A model generated the notes under the pieces. The model was not told the origin of the DNA. It saw only the letters and a list, made by a program, of their open reading frames with translations, and searched no databases. The position numbers and the translations under genes were made by a program. Positions 27,701-56,339 of a stretch of 64,000 nt of DNA are shown piece by piece. The first letter of the stretch is position 1. Each line of letters starts with the position of its first letter. The stretch lies in assembly GCA_030141605.1 (NCBI GenBank), contig JAQGDQ010000133.1, positions 434,001 through 498,000 on the forward strand. Reading direction: 5' to 3'. The stretch is from Tubiluchus corallicola (lineage: Eukaryota; Animalia; Priapulida).

Positions 27701-30700
27701 AGAGTGGCAGCACTAGAGATAATTGCTTAGTAAATGGCTAAAAACTAAACTTATGACAGATATAAACTTACCTGATGCATAATTTCATGTGCAATTACTC
27801 TGCAAATATGTTTCATTTCATCAGCTGGAGTTTCTCCAGATTCATGCAACATGCGAACTTCCCTGTAAACCACAAGACCCCAGTTTTCCATGGCTCCAGC
27901 GGAGAAAACAGGTAGTGCTATTAGTTCTGCAACCCAGAAAAACAAAAGAAATATAATTTTATCATTATCCATAAAAAGACAAAAGTAATTTGATGGTTAG
28001 TCACAGTAAGTACTGATTTGTATAAACTAATCATTGAAAAGCTTCTTGCCTGTTTTGTTTAAATCATTCGTGTAAGGAATCCCAAAGTAATCCTCGAAGC
28101 CTTCCAAAATAATTGCAGTGGTATTCAGTGCATATTCAGCTTGGTCAATTAGTTCTGGGCGTGCCCAAGCTCTGACCTATAACAGAGAATTGTCAAAATA
28201 TTATGAAATTAAATCTGCTATTCACAGTTATTTACCTTTTTGAAGGAGGATACAAAAGCCAAATTACAGAACTGAGATATCTGACGATTTTGTACCTGAT
28301 CTTAGATCATATTTCCTAATCAGCTAAACTCAGGCACAGTTGCACTGTGGCGAACTGAACAGAAAATTCATACCGACGTCACCAAGATGCTGGTCGTCAA
28401 GTCGCGTTGTCCTTGTCTATTAATTTTTCCCAATCATCATCTCTATAATAAGTTCTCCGATTTACCCTTACCATTGCCACACACAATGGCACTAGCACAC
28501 AACACCGACACAGGCACAACCATACCCATTACGACAATCATTACTGCTTCAATGACGCTTTCATTACCATCAACTGCACACTCTTGGTCAAAAGCCATGC
28601 TACAATAAGTTGGTGTAGACAACTACACACTCCTAGTCAAAAGCCATACTACAACAAATTGGTGTAGACAACTACACACTCTGACCCAAAAGCCATATTA
28701 CAACAAGTTGCTGTAGACAATTACACACTCTTGGCCAAAAGCCATACTACAATAAGTTGGTGTAAGCAATCAGTTCCATGACGATTGTGTTTACCTCTAT
28801 TCCCCGCGGCGTTGCACCCTCTAAACTAAGAAATTCAGAAACAACAAAACACAGTAAGTACGAAGACATGATGGGAGTGTCTCCATAATGATCTTCTACC
28901 CAGTCTGCGTCTCCAATTCTAAAACAAAAAGAAAAATGAAGGCAAACGATAAACTTGAAATTTGAAATTGTGAACTTTAAATTTGTGTCAAGTTTTTGCA
29001 TTTCACTACCTGTATAATACAGCAGTACTTCATTTCAATTTTAGCTTTTGCACTCACAGAGGAGTTTGCCTTTGTAAAATTTATCGCAGCAATAATATCA
29101 GTGCATTTATCAGAAGCATCTAGAAACACTTTGGCAGTTATTGCAGGTAACGAAACGTACATTTTATGTCATTGGTCAAAATGAAGTATAATCAGAAACA
29201 TCATTGAGTTTTCCTTTATATCATAGACATCCATTTTACTACAATATGAATTGTAGGATAAGTAAACTAGCCACAACAACCATTAAAATATATGATTTTT
29301 GTTTTTACCCGATTATGATAAGAGATATTAGAGATATAAGAGATACAGCGTTAATGTTTGCAAGATGTAACTTGCAATAATTTTTGGTTACCAATAACAT
29401 ACACATTATTTGAGCTGATGATATCGTTATTACTCAGTGAGTGGTAGTTCTTATGATGGACCAAAGTGACGCTGAACACAGCTTTGAATTGTGGCTCATC
29501 AAATACTGGAAAAATTTTTCTTGCATGTGGTGCTTGCAAATGAGTGGAAGCAAGCCACCTGAAACAATCAGAAAATTCTAAGATTACTTCTTTCTTAAAA
29601 GCTTATAACATGACTCGTCTAACTAACCACTGTGCCACTATATTACATACAAGTATCAGACTCTGCTTTGTGTAATAACATTCTATATGATCACTGCTAC
29701 AAAAATTCACAATGATAACTCAGAATTACCGTGACAAACTACTGCTACAAAAGAGAGAAATCCGAAGCATTGTTCATTACAAAATGGAGTCTGCAGTCAG
29801 CCTAATAACTACAGTTTTGCTTGACCACTTTCTACATTCAAATTTTATATATCCCGTATCTGTATTCCTTAGGTAATGTATGTATAGAAAAGTGTAAAGC
29901 AGAGGTAGTGGGTATTTTCAAATCAACAAGTTCGGAGTTTATAATCCAGAATTCCGTATTTATAATAACAGAAGCCTTTTGGACATAGCTGGTGTTTGTG
30001 CATTATTAATGTGTTGTCTACATTCATGTTTCCAAGCCATTGCAATGTCAAATTCTATTTATATCTAGTTTTTAGAATGAAAAAAGTTTTTAGCTTGACT
30101 CCATTTGAAACATAAATGGAACTCGAACGTTTTTTTCCACTTTTCCTTTAATTTGAAAAGCACTTTTGTTCAGTGACGTTTGTCGTTTACTGACATAAAT
30201 GAAGATCAAAAAGAAGATTTTTGCAGCCTATTGTACGAAAGCGCATTAGAGCCATTATACCCGATTATATAAAAATCTGGTTATAACAATTTTTTTGTTT
30301 TACGTCCGGTTATTAAAAAATGTAGTTACAACCTTCGCCTGTTAGAACCGGATATCATGGCCCTAATAAGGTTTCGTACTATTGTGAATTGTACGGCCAG
30401 TATTAACCCTGTTGCGTTTTGAAGATGCCTTACTGCTAGAAGTAAAGTTACTATCTTATTTTATACTGCAATTGATAATTATCAGCAACTTCAAGTTAGA
30501 ATTAGTGTGACCTAAAATTAAAATCTATTAAACACTAAACTGTACAACTCCTCCGCAGTAGTGTGAACTTACAATAACATTAGTAGCGTCCGTTTAAAAG
30601 TTAATTGTACGTTAAAATGGTTTTATAACAATTTGTTTTTGCAGTTATTACACCAGAAAGCATTTGAAAATTCATATAAATAAACTTATGCAGAGACATT

Positions 30701-31534
30701 TAAAGACACAGTTTTACTTTTATTCCAGCTAATCTGGCTACATAATTTACATCACTGCAGGCTATGCATGCACCATGGTACTGAACAGTTTTTAAAGTTG
30801 CCCAAAATGATTGGATGCATGTGGCGAATAATACAAAAACCGACAACAGGAAACTTGAAAGGTATCACAAATAATGCTTATGCTTACTTTATGGAGCCAT
30901 CTGATTCTTGATAAGAACTCCTGTAAAGACCATTTGTGGTCTCTGGTATCTCACCACTAAATTCAAAATAAATTTCGTATTCAGCATTTTCCTCGAGGTT
31001 ATTTATTAATGTGACAACGTAAAACTCTTTTTCTTCTATGTATTCCTGACTATTTATAGTAATCTCGTCTGTTGGAGGTTTTCGGACAATAGTCTTGCTC
31101 GGATCTATGGTCAGTAAACTTTTAAAAGCATGCAGAACAATTTTGTTTGTTTCAGAAACACACTTGACAGTAATCGTCACCCAAGACCCGGCAGTAGAGA
31201 AGTTTGGTTCCAAATCAATTTTCAAGTAAAGACTGTAATAAGAAGGAGCTAACGCGGTAGGCAGTCTTATGTCTCTGTCCGGTTCTGCGGTTGTTGCCGG
31301 AGATGGTTCCTCTGTATCAGTGCTGTTGTTGGTAGGTGTAGGTTCAGTTGTACTTGCTGCTGTTGTTGCAGAACTTGTTTCTGGCTGTGGAGTGGTGGTA
31401 CTTGGGGCTGTCGGCGGTGCCTCAAATTCAGTGCATTTTCTAGTAGTTACGCCAACTATTATACCCACTAAACTTATTGCAAGTGCTATTCCGATTATAC
31501 CAATGATCGCTACTGTCTTGGAAATGTACACCAT
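18741..31534 (-). CDS. ANPEP: M1 family aminopeptidase N-like protein A, complete, 19 exons, 979 aa, type II membrane
   Basis: Exons: 31534-30888, 29558-29403, 28918-28795, 28176-28050, 27926-27772, 27488-27375, 27240-27103, 26645-26580, 26398-26333, 26187-26000, 23887-23799, 23336-23203, 23057-23002, 22891-22744, 22113-22034, 21633-21526, 20011-19844, 19648-19429, 18896-18741. Total 2940 nt with all phases consistent. Motifs: N-terminal TM anchor, S/T stalk, [36 protein letters not shown]18-[30 protein letters not shown]1_C-like tail. The symbol denotes family-level similarity, not proven orthology. Confidence 0.93.
20371..20690. repeat. Degenerate ~140-bp tandem repeat (about 2.3 copies) in APN-A intron 16
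   Basis: atcgtaggta-like anchors recur at 20391, 20532 and 20672, with shared gattgtggcattccacaaat and acgaacatgattttc. Confidence 0.8.
20919..21355 (+). mobile_element. Rex1/Babar-like LINE 3' fragment
   Basis: [10 protein letters not shown]...[33 protein letters not shown] matches the Rex1/Babar ORF2 C-terminal pattern (LPSGRRxRS...NSFxPxAIRxLN). Ends in a (TTAC)n tail. Confidence 0.85.
24604..25410. mobile_element. PIF/Harbinger-type MITE in APN-A intron 10
   Basis: Left end (TAA)aagcccggtttac...acaaaatcg...cgtttacacgatc. The right end carries the inverted gatcgtgtaaacg...cgattttgt...aaacgg. No coding capacity; right terminus eroded. Confidence 0.55.
28577..28764. repeat. 49-bp minisatellite (about 3.8 copies) in APN-A intron 3
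   Basis: Unit cacactcttggtcaaaagccatgctacaataagttggtgtagacaacta starts at 28577, 28626, 28675 and 28724. Confidence 0.95.
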
Positions 31535-32337
31535 TATTGTACAAGCTATGCAATGTTTTCAATAACTTTGTTTGGTAAGCTTACTTCTCCACTTACAGCA
31601 CACACTGTAACGTCTATTTATCTATCGTTATAATATTTCATGTATACATTCATGAGTGTAAAGTGCAAAGGGCCAAAATCTATCATCGGTGTTGACTAAG
31701 TGATTAGGACAAGTGAAAAGCAGTACAAAACTTATTATTTAGCCACTGTTATAAAATACACGCTTTCACCAACAATGATAATGCTTTTTAGATATTAATA
31801 AAGGTATAAATAAAGAAAATAATATATATTATGTTTACTAAGTTTATTCGCACATAAAATATAATTTACATGCAGTTAGATCAATGGAAGCATAAAATCA
31901 TAATACGTAATAATAATAACAAAATATAAGCAATATTCACATTCAGTTAGTTAAAATGGTTAGTAACATTGATATTAATTCTTCGTTTGTAAAGCCGGGA
32001 ATGAGAAATTCATTACGAGCAGTCCAATATAATACGTAAGAAACAATGTCAGAATCACTGTAATGTTCATTTTCACAAATCATTGCCCTAGAGAAAATAC
32101 GATTTTTACCAAGGGTAGGTATTCTCAAATACTGATTTAGAATGGATATAGTACTAAATAGGCTGATTGCTGAATTATTAATCTTTCTATACAAAGTTTG
32201 CGACCGTTTGACTGCTAGGTTAATAAAAGCTTTAATTTTAGCAATGCAAGGCGTCGTGCAAACGTGAGGATTTTTCGGAAGCAACAAGACACGAGGTAAA
32301 GGTTTTTTAAATTCAACTTTTAAAACATTAATACATT

Positions 32338-32805
<468 letters not shown>

Positions 32806-32988
32806 AATACATTTGTCAGAGAAGTTAAAAGTCGAGCAACCGTAAAATGAGCAGCAAAATGATTGAAACAATTTCAATAAAACATGTCTATTTGTTATCG
32901 ATTTAAAAAAGCAAAGCATAGAATTAACACTAGCTAAGAAATCATTACGACACTACGATTTAAATCATAAGATAGTTTGTGACCTAAA

Positions 32989-33550
32989 TCACACCTCATT
33001 ATACCATTTAAGTGCTATTCCATTAATTTCAATTTTGGGCGCCTGTCCAGATTCACTTCGACGAAATAAAACACATTTTGATTTTTGTACATTAAAAAGC
33101 ATTTCATGGTCTGTAGCGTATTGGGCACACATGTTAAGCATTGTTTTCAAAGCAATAACTGTAGGGGCGAGAAGAGTAATGTCATCGGCGTAACCTAAAA
33201 CAGCAGTAAATGCGTTTATTAAATGGTATCCAACTTTAGCACCTTTTAGAGAGATTATTAGATCATTAACATACACTGTACCATCACTTTTACCACGCTT
33301 TAATTTTGAAATCGCCAAAAACATTTCCTTAACAGTTATATAAAACATATTATGGGACCGATTTTTCATATCACCATAGAGACTATTCAGGTCATTGTAG
33401 GTAACACCAACAGTATTATACAATTCGTTGAAATCATATTCAAAATCATTAGCTATGTCTTGAGGGTTAATATTGCCATCAATATTACTTACAACCATTT
33501 TATTAGATTGTCAAAGCTTTCTGGCTTCAGACCAAAAGTTCCTATCATTA
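32989..33550 (-). mobile_element. Internally deleted LINE reverse-transcriptase relic
   Basis: ITVKEMFLAISKLKRGKSDG joined directly to YVNDL...LGYADDITLLAPT...LFNVQKSKCVLF (RT YADD motif). Confidence 0.85.
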
Positions 33551-33562
33551 GTACTTGTTAAC

Positions 33563-33696
33563 TGATGATGATGATGATGATAACGCTGATGATAATGAGG
33601 ATAATTACGATAATGTGACGATGATGATGATGATGACGATGACGACGATGATGACGATGATGACGATAATAATGATGATGAAAATGGTTATGGTGT

Positions 33697-33745
<49 letters not shown>

Positions 33746-33770
33746 GGTGATGATGATGATGATGACATTG
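33563..33770. repeat. (GAT)n trinucleotide microsatellite
   Basis: Directly visible; produces the spurious poly-Met/Asp ORF. Confidence 0.95.
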
Positions 33771-34367
33771 CTAATGACAATAATAATTGTGGCAATGACG
33801 TTGAAAATGGTGATGATAACAACAAAAGCGATTATTGACGATTATCATAGCTGCTACTATACTACGGCGACAAAACAACAATGACGCAATGATGCTACAA
33901 ATAACGATAATGGCTGGCAGTGGAAACGATCATTACAATGAAAATGACATTATATTTTATTAGTAAAACAAAATAAAACGCCGTAAATTAATTTTTTCAA
34001 CTTTGTAGAGGTATTTAGTAAAGGTTGCTATTGCAAATGAATGAGGACATGTACTTAGTTTCCTGTTATCAGACACTATTACATTGGCAAGCTACCTCCT
34101 TTATTTGGACAGTAATTCGTAAATTATTTATGACAGAGCATGCTATTATCTGATAAAATGTAATCGAACACACAGTCTAACACGTTTTATGATTTATGAG
34201 CACATACATATCCATAAACTACCAAAGGTGCAAAATTCGTACAGTGCCCACCTTTAGCAAACGTAGTGAAACAGCTCTACGTGTATTCCTGCACCTTGGT
34301 GGCATCAAATTCAATAAAACTGGTGCTCATTTTTCGCTTTGTAATCAAAATAAAAAGGCGCTTCATA

Positions 34368-48694
<14,327 letters not shown>

Positions 48695-51632
48695 GTAAGT
48701 TAGTGCCTTTTAATTCTTAATGAGCTTATAATTTATGTTTAATATTATACAGAGAAGATAGGCCATTTTTACTCATACAGATATTTTTTAATTCAATTTG
48801 GTACGAATTATTTTAAATGAATTAACTATGCGCATCATGTAATCAATAAGCACAACAAATTGTTTAACATTAAGTCTGGGCTTATGCTATGCTGTAATTA
48901 AGTGCACTTGTTGTAGTGGTCAGTGACATAGGATACCCCATTCCCTAGAATCAATGTTAATAGATGCGTCAGAGCAATGAACCGTTGGGGTCTTTTCCTT
49001 ACTTCCTGGAAAGAGTAATGACCAGCTGCACACAGTACTTAGAAACAGTTATATCGGAATAACGCGCTGTGCTTACCGGAAACAGCAATCACCCCCTGTG
49101 CTCACTTTCTGGAAGTAGCAGAGGTTTTTGGAAGCAGCACGTCAGGGCAATGAGCCGCCGAGGTTATTTCCTCACTTCTTAGAAAACAGCCTAGCAGCTG
49201 CATAGTCCCGACCACACAGACAATCAGCAAACAGCACCACTGACCAATGAGAATCAAGCTGGCCACAGTCACTAGGAGACAGTTCCAATATAGAACTCAT
49301 GTCAGGGATAAAAATAGATATTAACATCCAACTAGCAAGCCAGCAGAGGACCGTTACCACGTGACAAGTCAGCAGAAGCTGATTCTCTGCTCATTCTAAG
49401 AATAGAGGTGATGTCACAGCTAAAAATAACGTGCTCACTAAGCTATATATATAAACAGCTGCAGAAAGCTGCAGTGAGGAGAAGGATTATGTGCTCAACT
49501 TATGTGTATTTGTTCTTGTCATAGAAGATTGCTTCTCAGTGGTAATTGAGGATTTCATGAACTTTTATTTATTCCATCAACTAGCGAAAGACTAATACGC
49601 TTATAATGAAAGAGTCTTTTATTAAATGTTACTTGATAATGACAGATCAGTATAGGTGTATGAGGCAGGGAGTTTAGGGGGCGGCAACCTTTCCAGGGCA
49701 AATGAATTATACATTTTCAGAACAAAAAAATAATTATGCTTTAAAATTGCAAAATTTAAGATTTCAATAACCAAACATTGCTTATGTACTGCACCACTTT
49801 TTACTAGCATCAAAAAGTGTTTTCTGTGCTGCGAATTCGAATTATTTTTAGCTTTTAAGAATTTTGAAGTGAATAATAGTGGTTGCTAAACCACTATCCT
49901 TAGAACACTTTTTAAGTACATGCTCATCGATATACTCAATCAAGTAATCAAGGTTATAGACATGATAAAGTTGTAGGCCAAAAGGAAAGCATATTGCCTC
50001 ACTAATATTTCTTTTGAATTATTCAGACGTATTGAAAATGTATATCTGAAAGTTTCGTATGTTTTGCTCAGTGAAAACACAAACCTCGGCTTTTGTCTTG
50101 TTAGAGTCATGATGTTTTGGTAAAGGCCATAATTTGGATTTCTTGCATTTGTGTATTAGTACTATTGCGTTATATTCAGCACAAATACGAATAATTATAA
50201 ATACGTATAAACATAGGCCTAAGTATAAATGTTTTGTTTTTAGACTCTTTTGTTGGTCTATATCCTCTAGCTCTTTATCTAATTATCTTGCTCTTCGTTG
50301 GCGTTTATTAGGAATCACTCAGAGTACGGCAATTTCATGGCAAATTCTTTCTGCTTCCCCACCCCCTTGTGAAACTTCCTATGCGGGTCACCTACTAACC
50401 TTCATTGTTGTAATGTTAATTACTGGAAACTCAGTTGATACATTTTCTCACTATCAAGGTGATCCTGTAAGTCTAAGACGAAACGCTGAACTGGTAAAGA
50501 TGTCTTAGCTACATTTAGATTCATGTACATCCTCATTTAACGAGACAAATTAAAACAGCCGTGAAAGTGTAGGAATCTTCATGAACTGTAAAAATCATTT
50601 TTCATAGTCAGCCTCTGTGTCGTAATTATAGTTCACAGAATGACATTAATTATTTGTAATTTTGCCTGCAAGCGTTCGCAAATGCACGACGCAATGACTG
50701 CAATTAGTTTTGTTCGCTGCCAGTGTCTGATTTCTGATAATGAGAATGAGGTAGCGTTATTTTTATTTTTCACAAATAGCTTTCTGCGCGTCTTTTCCTA
50801 TTAATAGTTTATAAATCCCATGTATTCTGATTTTTTTTATTTTTTCATTTTTTATGCAGCATCTTTTTGCCGAAAAAAGACTTGTTGAATTGAATACAGG
50901 CCTAGGGATGCCTTGCCCTAGTCAAGTGCAGTACGATAGGTGTAATCATTTAGAACGTGAAGAAACACGCAGTTTTTGGCGCTTACTCATTTGTTTACTA
51001 ATTAAGCCAAGGAGGGAGCAATACAAGGTAATTGCGGTCCCAACGGGTGCTTTCGCAAACATCTCGCTCACCTACCAATTTATAAGGAGAAATGGGTGTT
51101 GAGAAATGGAAAATAAATCTAGGCCAACTTTTTCATTGCTGTAGCTAATGTAATAATTTTCATAACAAACAAAACAATCGAAAAAATAACTTGGGTAGTT
51201 TTGTTCAGTCGACTAGTCCGGAATATGAAGCATTGGGTTATTTAAGCAACACGCTATCTTTCGTCAGTTAGTTTCTTATGTCATTCAACAACTTTTCTGC
51301 AGTAGTGTTTTATTGTGATGTCACAGTATAAAAAACCACCCACACGACTCACCCAATGCCACAAAACAGCAGCAACAACAACGACAAAAACAACAGCAAG
51401 AGCAACGGCAGTAGAAGCAGCAGTAGCAGAAGCAACAACAACAACAATATTTTGTTCGTATTAGCGTGAAATGGCAAACGCTAATAAATGTATCCAATGG
51501 TGATCAATAATGTGCGAACATTCTACATAGTCTTTACTTGCTGCTCCTGAAATGATGATAATAAGAAAAGTGTGCAGATTGTAGATACGCGTTTACAGTT
51601 GGTATAGAATCCAAACTTTGTGAAACTGTTAC

Positions 51633-51677
<45 letters not shown>

Positions 51678-51780
51678 TGCGTGTGTGTGTGTGTGTTAGC
51701 AGGTTTTACGCTTATTAATGTATGTGGTACTTGTTTATCTGTAAATAATGTACAAATTTTCCTTGTGTGATTTCTTTTAT

Positions 51781-52036
51781 ATTTATTTTTACTATTTTTA
51801 TATATTTATTTTATATCTAAAATATTTTTTATATTTTTTTACCTAGTTTTTAGAAAACTTTTAGCAAATTTTATGGCCAATAATTACGCAAATTTTTACT
51901 ATGTACAATAATTACTGACCGTAAAATTTGTTAAGGCTTTCGCCACCAAACCTCTAACATACAACATGAAACGAGGTAAAATCTATAAAAAATATTTTAG
52001 ATATAGAATGAATATATAAAAATAGTAAAAATAAAT
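51781..52036. repeat. AT-rich inverted repeat (~65-bp arms, ~130-bp loop), MITE-like
   Basis: atttatttttactatttttatatatttattttatatctaaaatattttttata...acct is closely reverse-complementary to aggt...tataaaaaatattttagatatagaatgaatatataaaaatagtaaaaataaat. Confidence 0.75.
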
Positions 52037-52069
52037 GTCTAAAATTTAACACTAAAAACAATAGTAATA

Positions 52070-55020
52070 TGTATGGGGAATTGCCGTTCCAAAACATTGA
52101 CGACAACGAGTTTTGTTTTTACGCAATGATACTGAGTTAACATCTAGCGTGTTAGAATATATAAAAGATGCAAGCAGATTAGTTTTGAAACGTTCGCTGT
52201 ATACTGAATATAAAAAGTGTGATTTTCAAAAAGATATCGACCCCGATGATAATGTGTATAATGACAGATTTAATAACTGTTAGTATTATATGGAAGAACA
52301 AATAAAAAAAACGTGATTACAGGTGGTAATTTTTTCACTTGTCCACTTTAACAGTCGGAGCTTAAAGTCAAATTTCGACCAAATCTGCGACTCTCTAAAC
52401 AGAATGAAAAATAAGATTCAAATTATCAAGTATCTGAGACTTTGTTTGACTCAAGTATAAATAGTAACGCGGAATTTCAAATTGATGGATATGATATTAG
52501 CTATATATGCAGAACAACAAAAGAGCTGGCGGTGTAGCATTGTGTATAGAAAAATCTTTAAATTACATACTTATTAAAAACATGTCGTTTTCTAATGGAA
52601 TGTTTAACACTAGAAGTAATTTTGGAAAAAAGTAACATTAGTGCGTCTTGTGTATATAGAACTCCCGGGCCAAAAATTGAATTTCTTAAAGAAACCTTTG
52701 ATAAAATGCTGAGTTTGTCAAAAGAAAGAAAACGAATAGTATCTGCGGTGATTTCAATCTTGACCTGCTATTCTATCACAACTATTGTCCTACGACTAAT
52801 TTCATTGATACTATGTTTAGTATATGTATCCAATAATTAATAAACCATCCCGTATTCCTGTTCATAGTGCAACCATAATTGATAATATTTTTAATAATAT
52901 CCTAGATGTTGAAATTACTTGTGGGCTCTTGATTAATGATGTTAGCGACTACCTGCCAATACTTCTCACGATGCATTGTTCTGATACAATTGCAAAGGAC
53001 ACTACTAACTCTTTCAAACTGGTGCGCAGAACAAATGACACCCAGGTGGAAAATTTTAAACGTGATTTAATGGCGCAAAGTTGAGAAAATGTGTACATTT
53101 GTGAATTTAACAATGCTTGTGAAAACTTTGTAAACACATTCGGTACATTGTACGATAAACACTGCCCCGTTAAGAAAATAACAAAAGTAACAGGTTTCGC
53201 TGATTAAACCCTGCATTACTAAAGGACTGTAAAAAGAAAAACCGCTTGTATAAAAATTTCTTAAAACATAGGACAAAAATGGCCGAAAATAAATGTAAGC
53301 TTTATAAAAATAATTTAACAAAAATTATGAGATACAGTGAAAAACTTTATTGCAGTACTTTACTGAAACAAATAAGAACAATGTAAAAGAACCCTGAAAA
53401 ATCTTAAATACGGTAATAAAAAAGAAGCAAACAAGCTCATGTTATCCGGAGTCTTTTGAACATAAAAGTGAAATAGTAAAAGATAAGAATGAATTTGTTA
53501 ATAAATTCAATGATTTTTTTGTAAATATAGGGCCAAAGCTTGCAGCAAATATTGAAGTCCCATAAAACGGTGTTACTATGCGTGACTACCTCGGCATTCA
53601 CTATGAAAATACTGTTTTAAAATGACGTTGACGAGTCAGAAATTATAGAGGCAGTTCAAATCCTTTAAAAGCAAGAAATCAAAAATGTTCACAATATTGA
53701 TATGTCAGTTGTTAAAAATATGCCTTCGGCATGCATTTGCAACTTTTCTCATGATAGCACAAAATTTCCAAATTCAATGAAGATTGCAAAAGTAATCCCC
53801 ATTTTTAAAGATGGAAAAAGAAACCAATTCACAAATTATAGACCTGTGTCTCTGTTGCCATAGTTCTCAAAAATTTTAGAGAAACATTTTGCGTTACGTC
53901 TCGAGAAATTTATTGAAAAGTTCAATATCTTGAACGATTGCCAATACGGATTCAGACCCCAGCGCTCAACTGATTTGGATCTTAGAGAACTGGTAGAGGA
54001 AATCACTTCTGCAATCAACAAAAAGAAACATACAATTGGTGTGTGTGTTTGAAATTTGTGGTATAAGAGAAATAGCAGGGAAATGTCTAAAAAGTTATTT
54101 GAAACAGTTCGACAAAATGGAAGAATTTGAATCAGAAAAATGACAATGAAATGTGACGCGCTGCAAGGCTCGATATTAGGGCCGGCCTTATTCCTCTTGG
54201 ACATAAATGTGTCTGAGATTTTTCAATATTGTTTGCTGAGGACACCAATATGTTCTGTTCTGAGTATGACATAAAGGAACTATGTGATATTATAAGTAAC
54301 GAATTAGCCAAATTAAATGTCTGATTTGCAATGAATAAATTATCTCTAAATCTCTCAAAAACAAATTTTACGATAGTTACTAACGCTTATATTAGCATTA
54401 GCACAAGTCAAAACAGTATGAAAAGGATCTATGTAGCAAAATTTTTGGGAGTTTTAATTGAAGACAAGATTTCTTAACATGTCAATCTGTCAAGTCTAAA
54501 CTTTCCAAAAAATGTAGCTATTATGTACAAAGTTAACTATATCTCAGACGAAAATTCTCTAAAAAATCTTTACTCTGCTCACAAATTACCATATTTGTAC
54601 TACTGTTATTGAAGTATGGAGTAGTGCTTGTAAAAGTAGTGTTAATTCAGTGTTTTTAATGCAGAAAAAGCAAAGGTCGTTCAAGAGACCACACACACAC
54701 ACGAACTGCTCCATAATTTAAAACTATTTAAATTAGTTGACTTATTAAATTTAAAAATTATGTTACTATTACATGTTGTCAATAAAAGTCATTTATCTGG
54801 AAATTTACAAAAGAGATTTTCGTGTATTAATAATCCAATTAAAATCACAAGGCAATTGCAAAATACCACTGGCAAGAACCACTTTGAAAATAATGAGTCT
54901 GTAATTTCGTGGTGCTAAGTTATGGAACGAACTAGATGAAGATTTAAAAAATTGTTTTAGTTTGTACATTTTTAAAAAGCGGGTCAGAAAAAGAAAATGT
55001 TAGAGAAATATAGATACTTG
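52070..55020 (+). mobile_element. Near full-length, degenerate CR1/L2-group LINE ORF2 (AP endonuclease + RT)
   Basis: Ordered, frameshifted motifs: HFNSRSL, SET, GGVA, YRTPG, GDFN, PSRI..SATIIDNIF, SDYLPI, KIAKVIPIFK, NYRPVSLLP, QYGFR, QGSILGP, FAEDT, LWNEL..FKK. Many stops. Confidence 0.9.
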
Positions 55021-56339
55021 ATGACGATTTATGCACATTATATAATTTAAATATCTTTTGAAATGTGCATTTACTGTATTTTAAACATGTTTAAAATGAA
55101 CGGGTTTATAATGTTATTCCTAAACGAGAACGTGTATTTTCCAAAATAATTCGTAATGTGCCTCTTACAGAAGACGATAGGTACCATTGTGGCGGTAACT
55201 ACCCACTCATTGTCATTGACAACAACTAGTCTGACATCAACGAGTTGCTACAAAATATGGCAATATTTGCAATGAAAATGTAACTCACTTTTAGTACAAA
55301 AGAGATTAGTACAGCCATTGTATCTGAAACTGATAAATGCTTCTGTAAGCCTTTAGACTCAGCTAGTTTAGCCATAGAGTACCCGTCAGCGAGTGTTCCC
55401 TGCCGATGGTCAGCTGAACAAACAGGGTAGATAATACGAGTAGTTCTGATTCCGAGTATTGAGATAAAAGCAGAAGCCATTAAACTTATAAAACTGATGC
55501 AGAAAAATGCAGTCTGTACTCGAAATCTTGAGAACAGATTTTCTGATGACAAAAAATCAAGAACGTCAAAAAAGGCAATTGAAAATTTGACACAGAAGAT
55601 TGCAAACCTAAAATCTTACAACACTGCAGCAAACAAAGATGAAAAGGTTTAATACGCAATCTATGTAATACGTTAAGTTGCAGAAAAATAACTGAAAAAA
55701 GCTCTGGAAGTACAGCAAAACAAGCAAACGAGCACGTTGGCCTATACCGCATTGTTTGGAACGTACAATATTAATAGAAAACATCGAAAAGAACTTTGTC
55801 AACACCAGTGTAAATATTAAAATAAACTTGCGCACTCATTTTCTCACAACAAAAATAAAATCGACAGACAGTACGGCGACTGGTTAATATCCAAGTTCAA
55901 CTTTCTAATAAACAAGCAGCTAACGAAATATTAGGCAAGTGGAAACCGGAAATGCTGAGAGGTGGCACAGAAATTCCAAGGCCCATAATTCCTCGCACAG
56001 GCCATATAACAGACCTCGTCACGAACATCAGTGAAAGAGATGTAATGTGTTAAGTTGCTGAAACATACCATGAAGAAACAAAATTAGAAAGTTTTAAAAA
56101 CGGATATCGAATTCAGAAGTCAAAGTTGTGGTTCAAAATAACGAAGATTTAATGAACGATATTGACCTCAAATAGCTAGCGTCATCAAAGTTTATGTAAA
56201 CAGTACGTATGCACAGTTAAGATAAGTGAGTTATGCAAATTCGTGCAGTTTAGGTATACAAAATTTCTTTGGTTGTAACGAGTCGATGAGCACGCTTCTG
56301 ATATTTGCCTCCAATATTTGTGCTTTTTTATGATCCAAT

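Noticed and set aside
28577-28764. 49-bp repeats as a CRISPR-like array
   Set aside because: Head-to-tail units with no spacers, inside an intron.
31269-31565. Hydrophobic plus-strand ORF (and the similar 34277-34513 minus ORF)
   Set aside because: Antisense shadows of the Thr/Pro-rich APN first exons.
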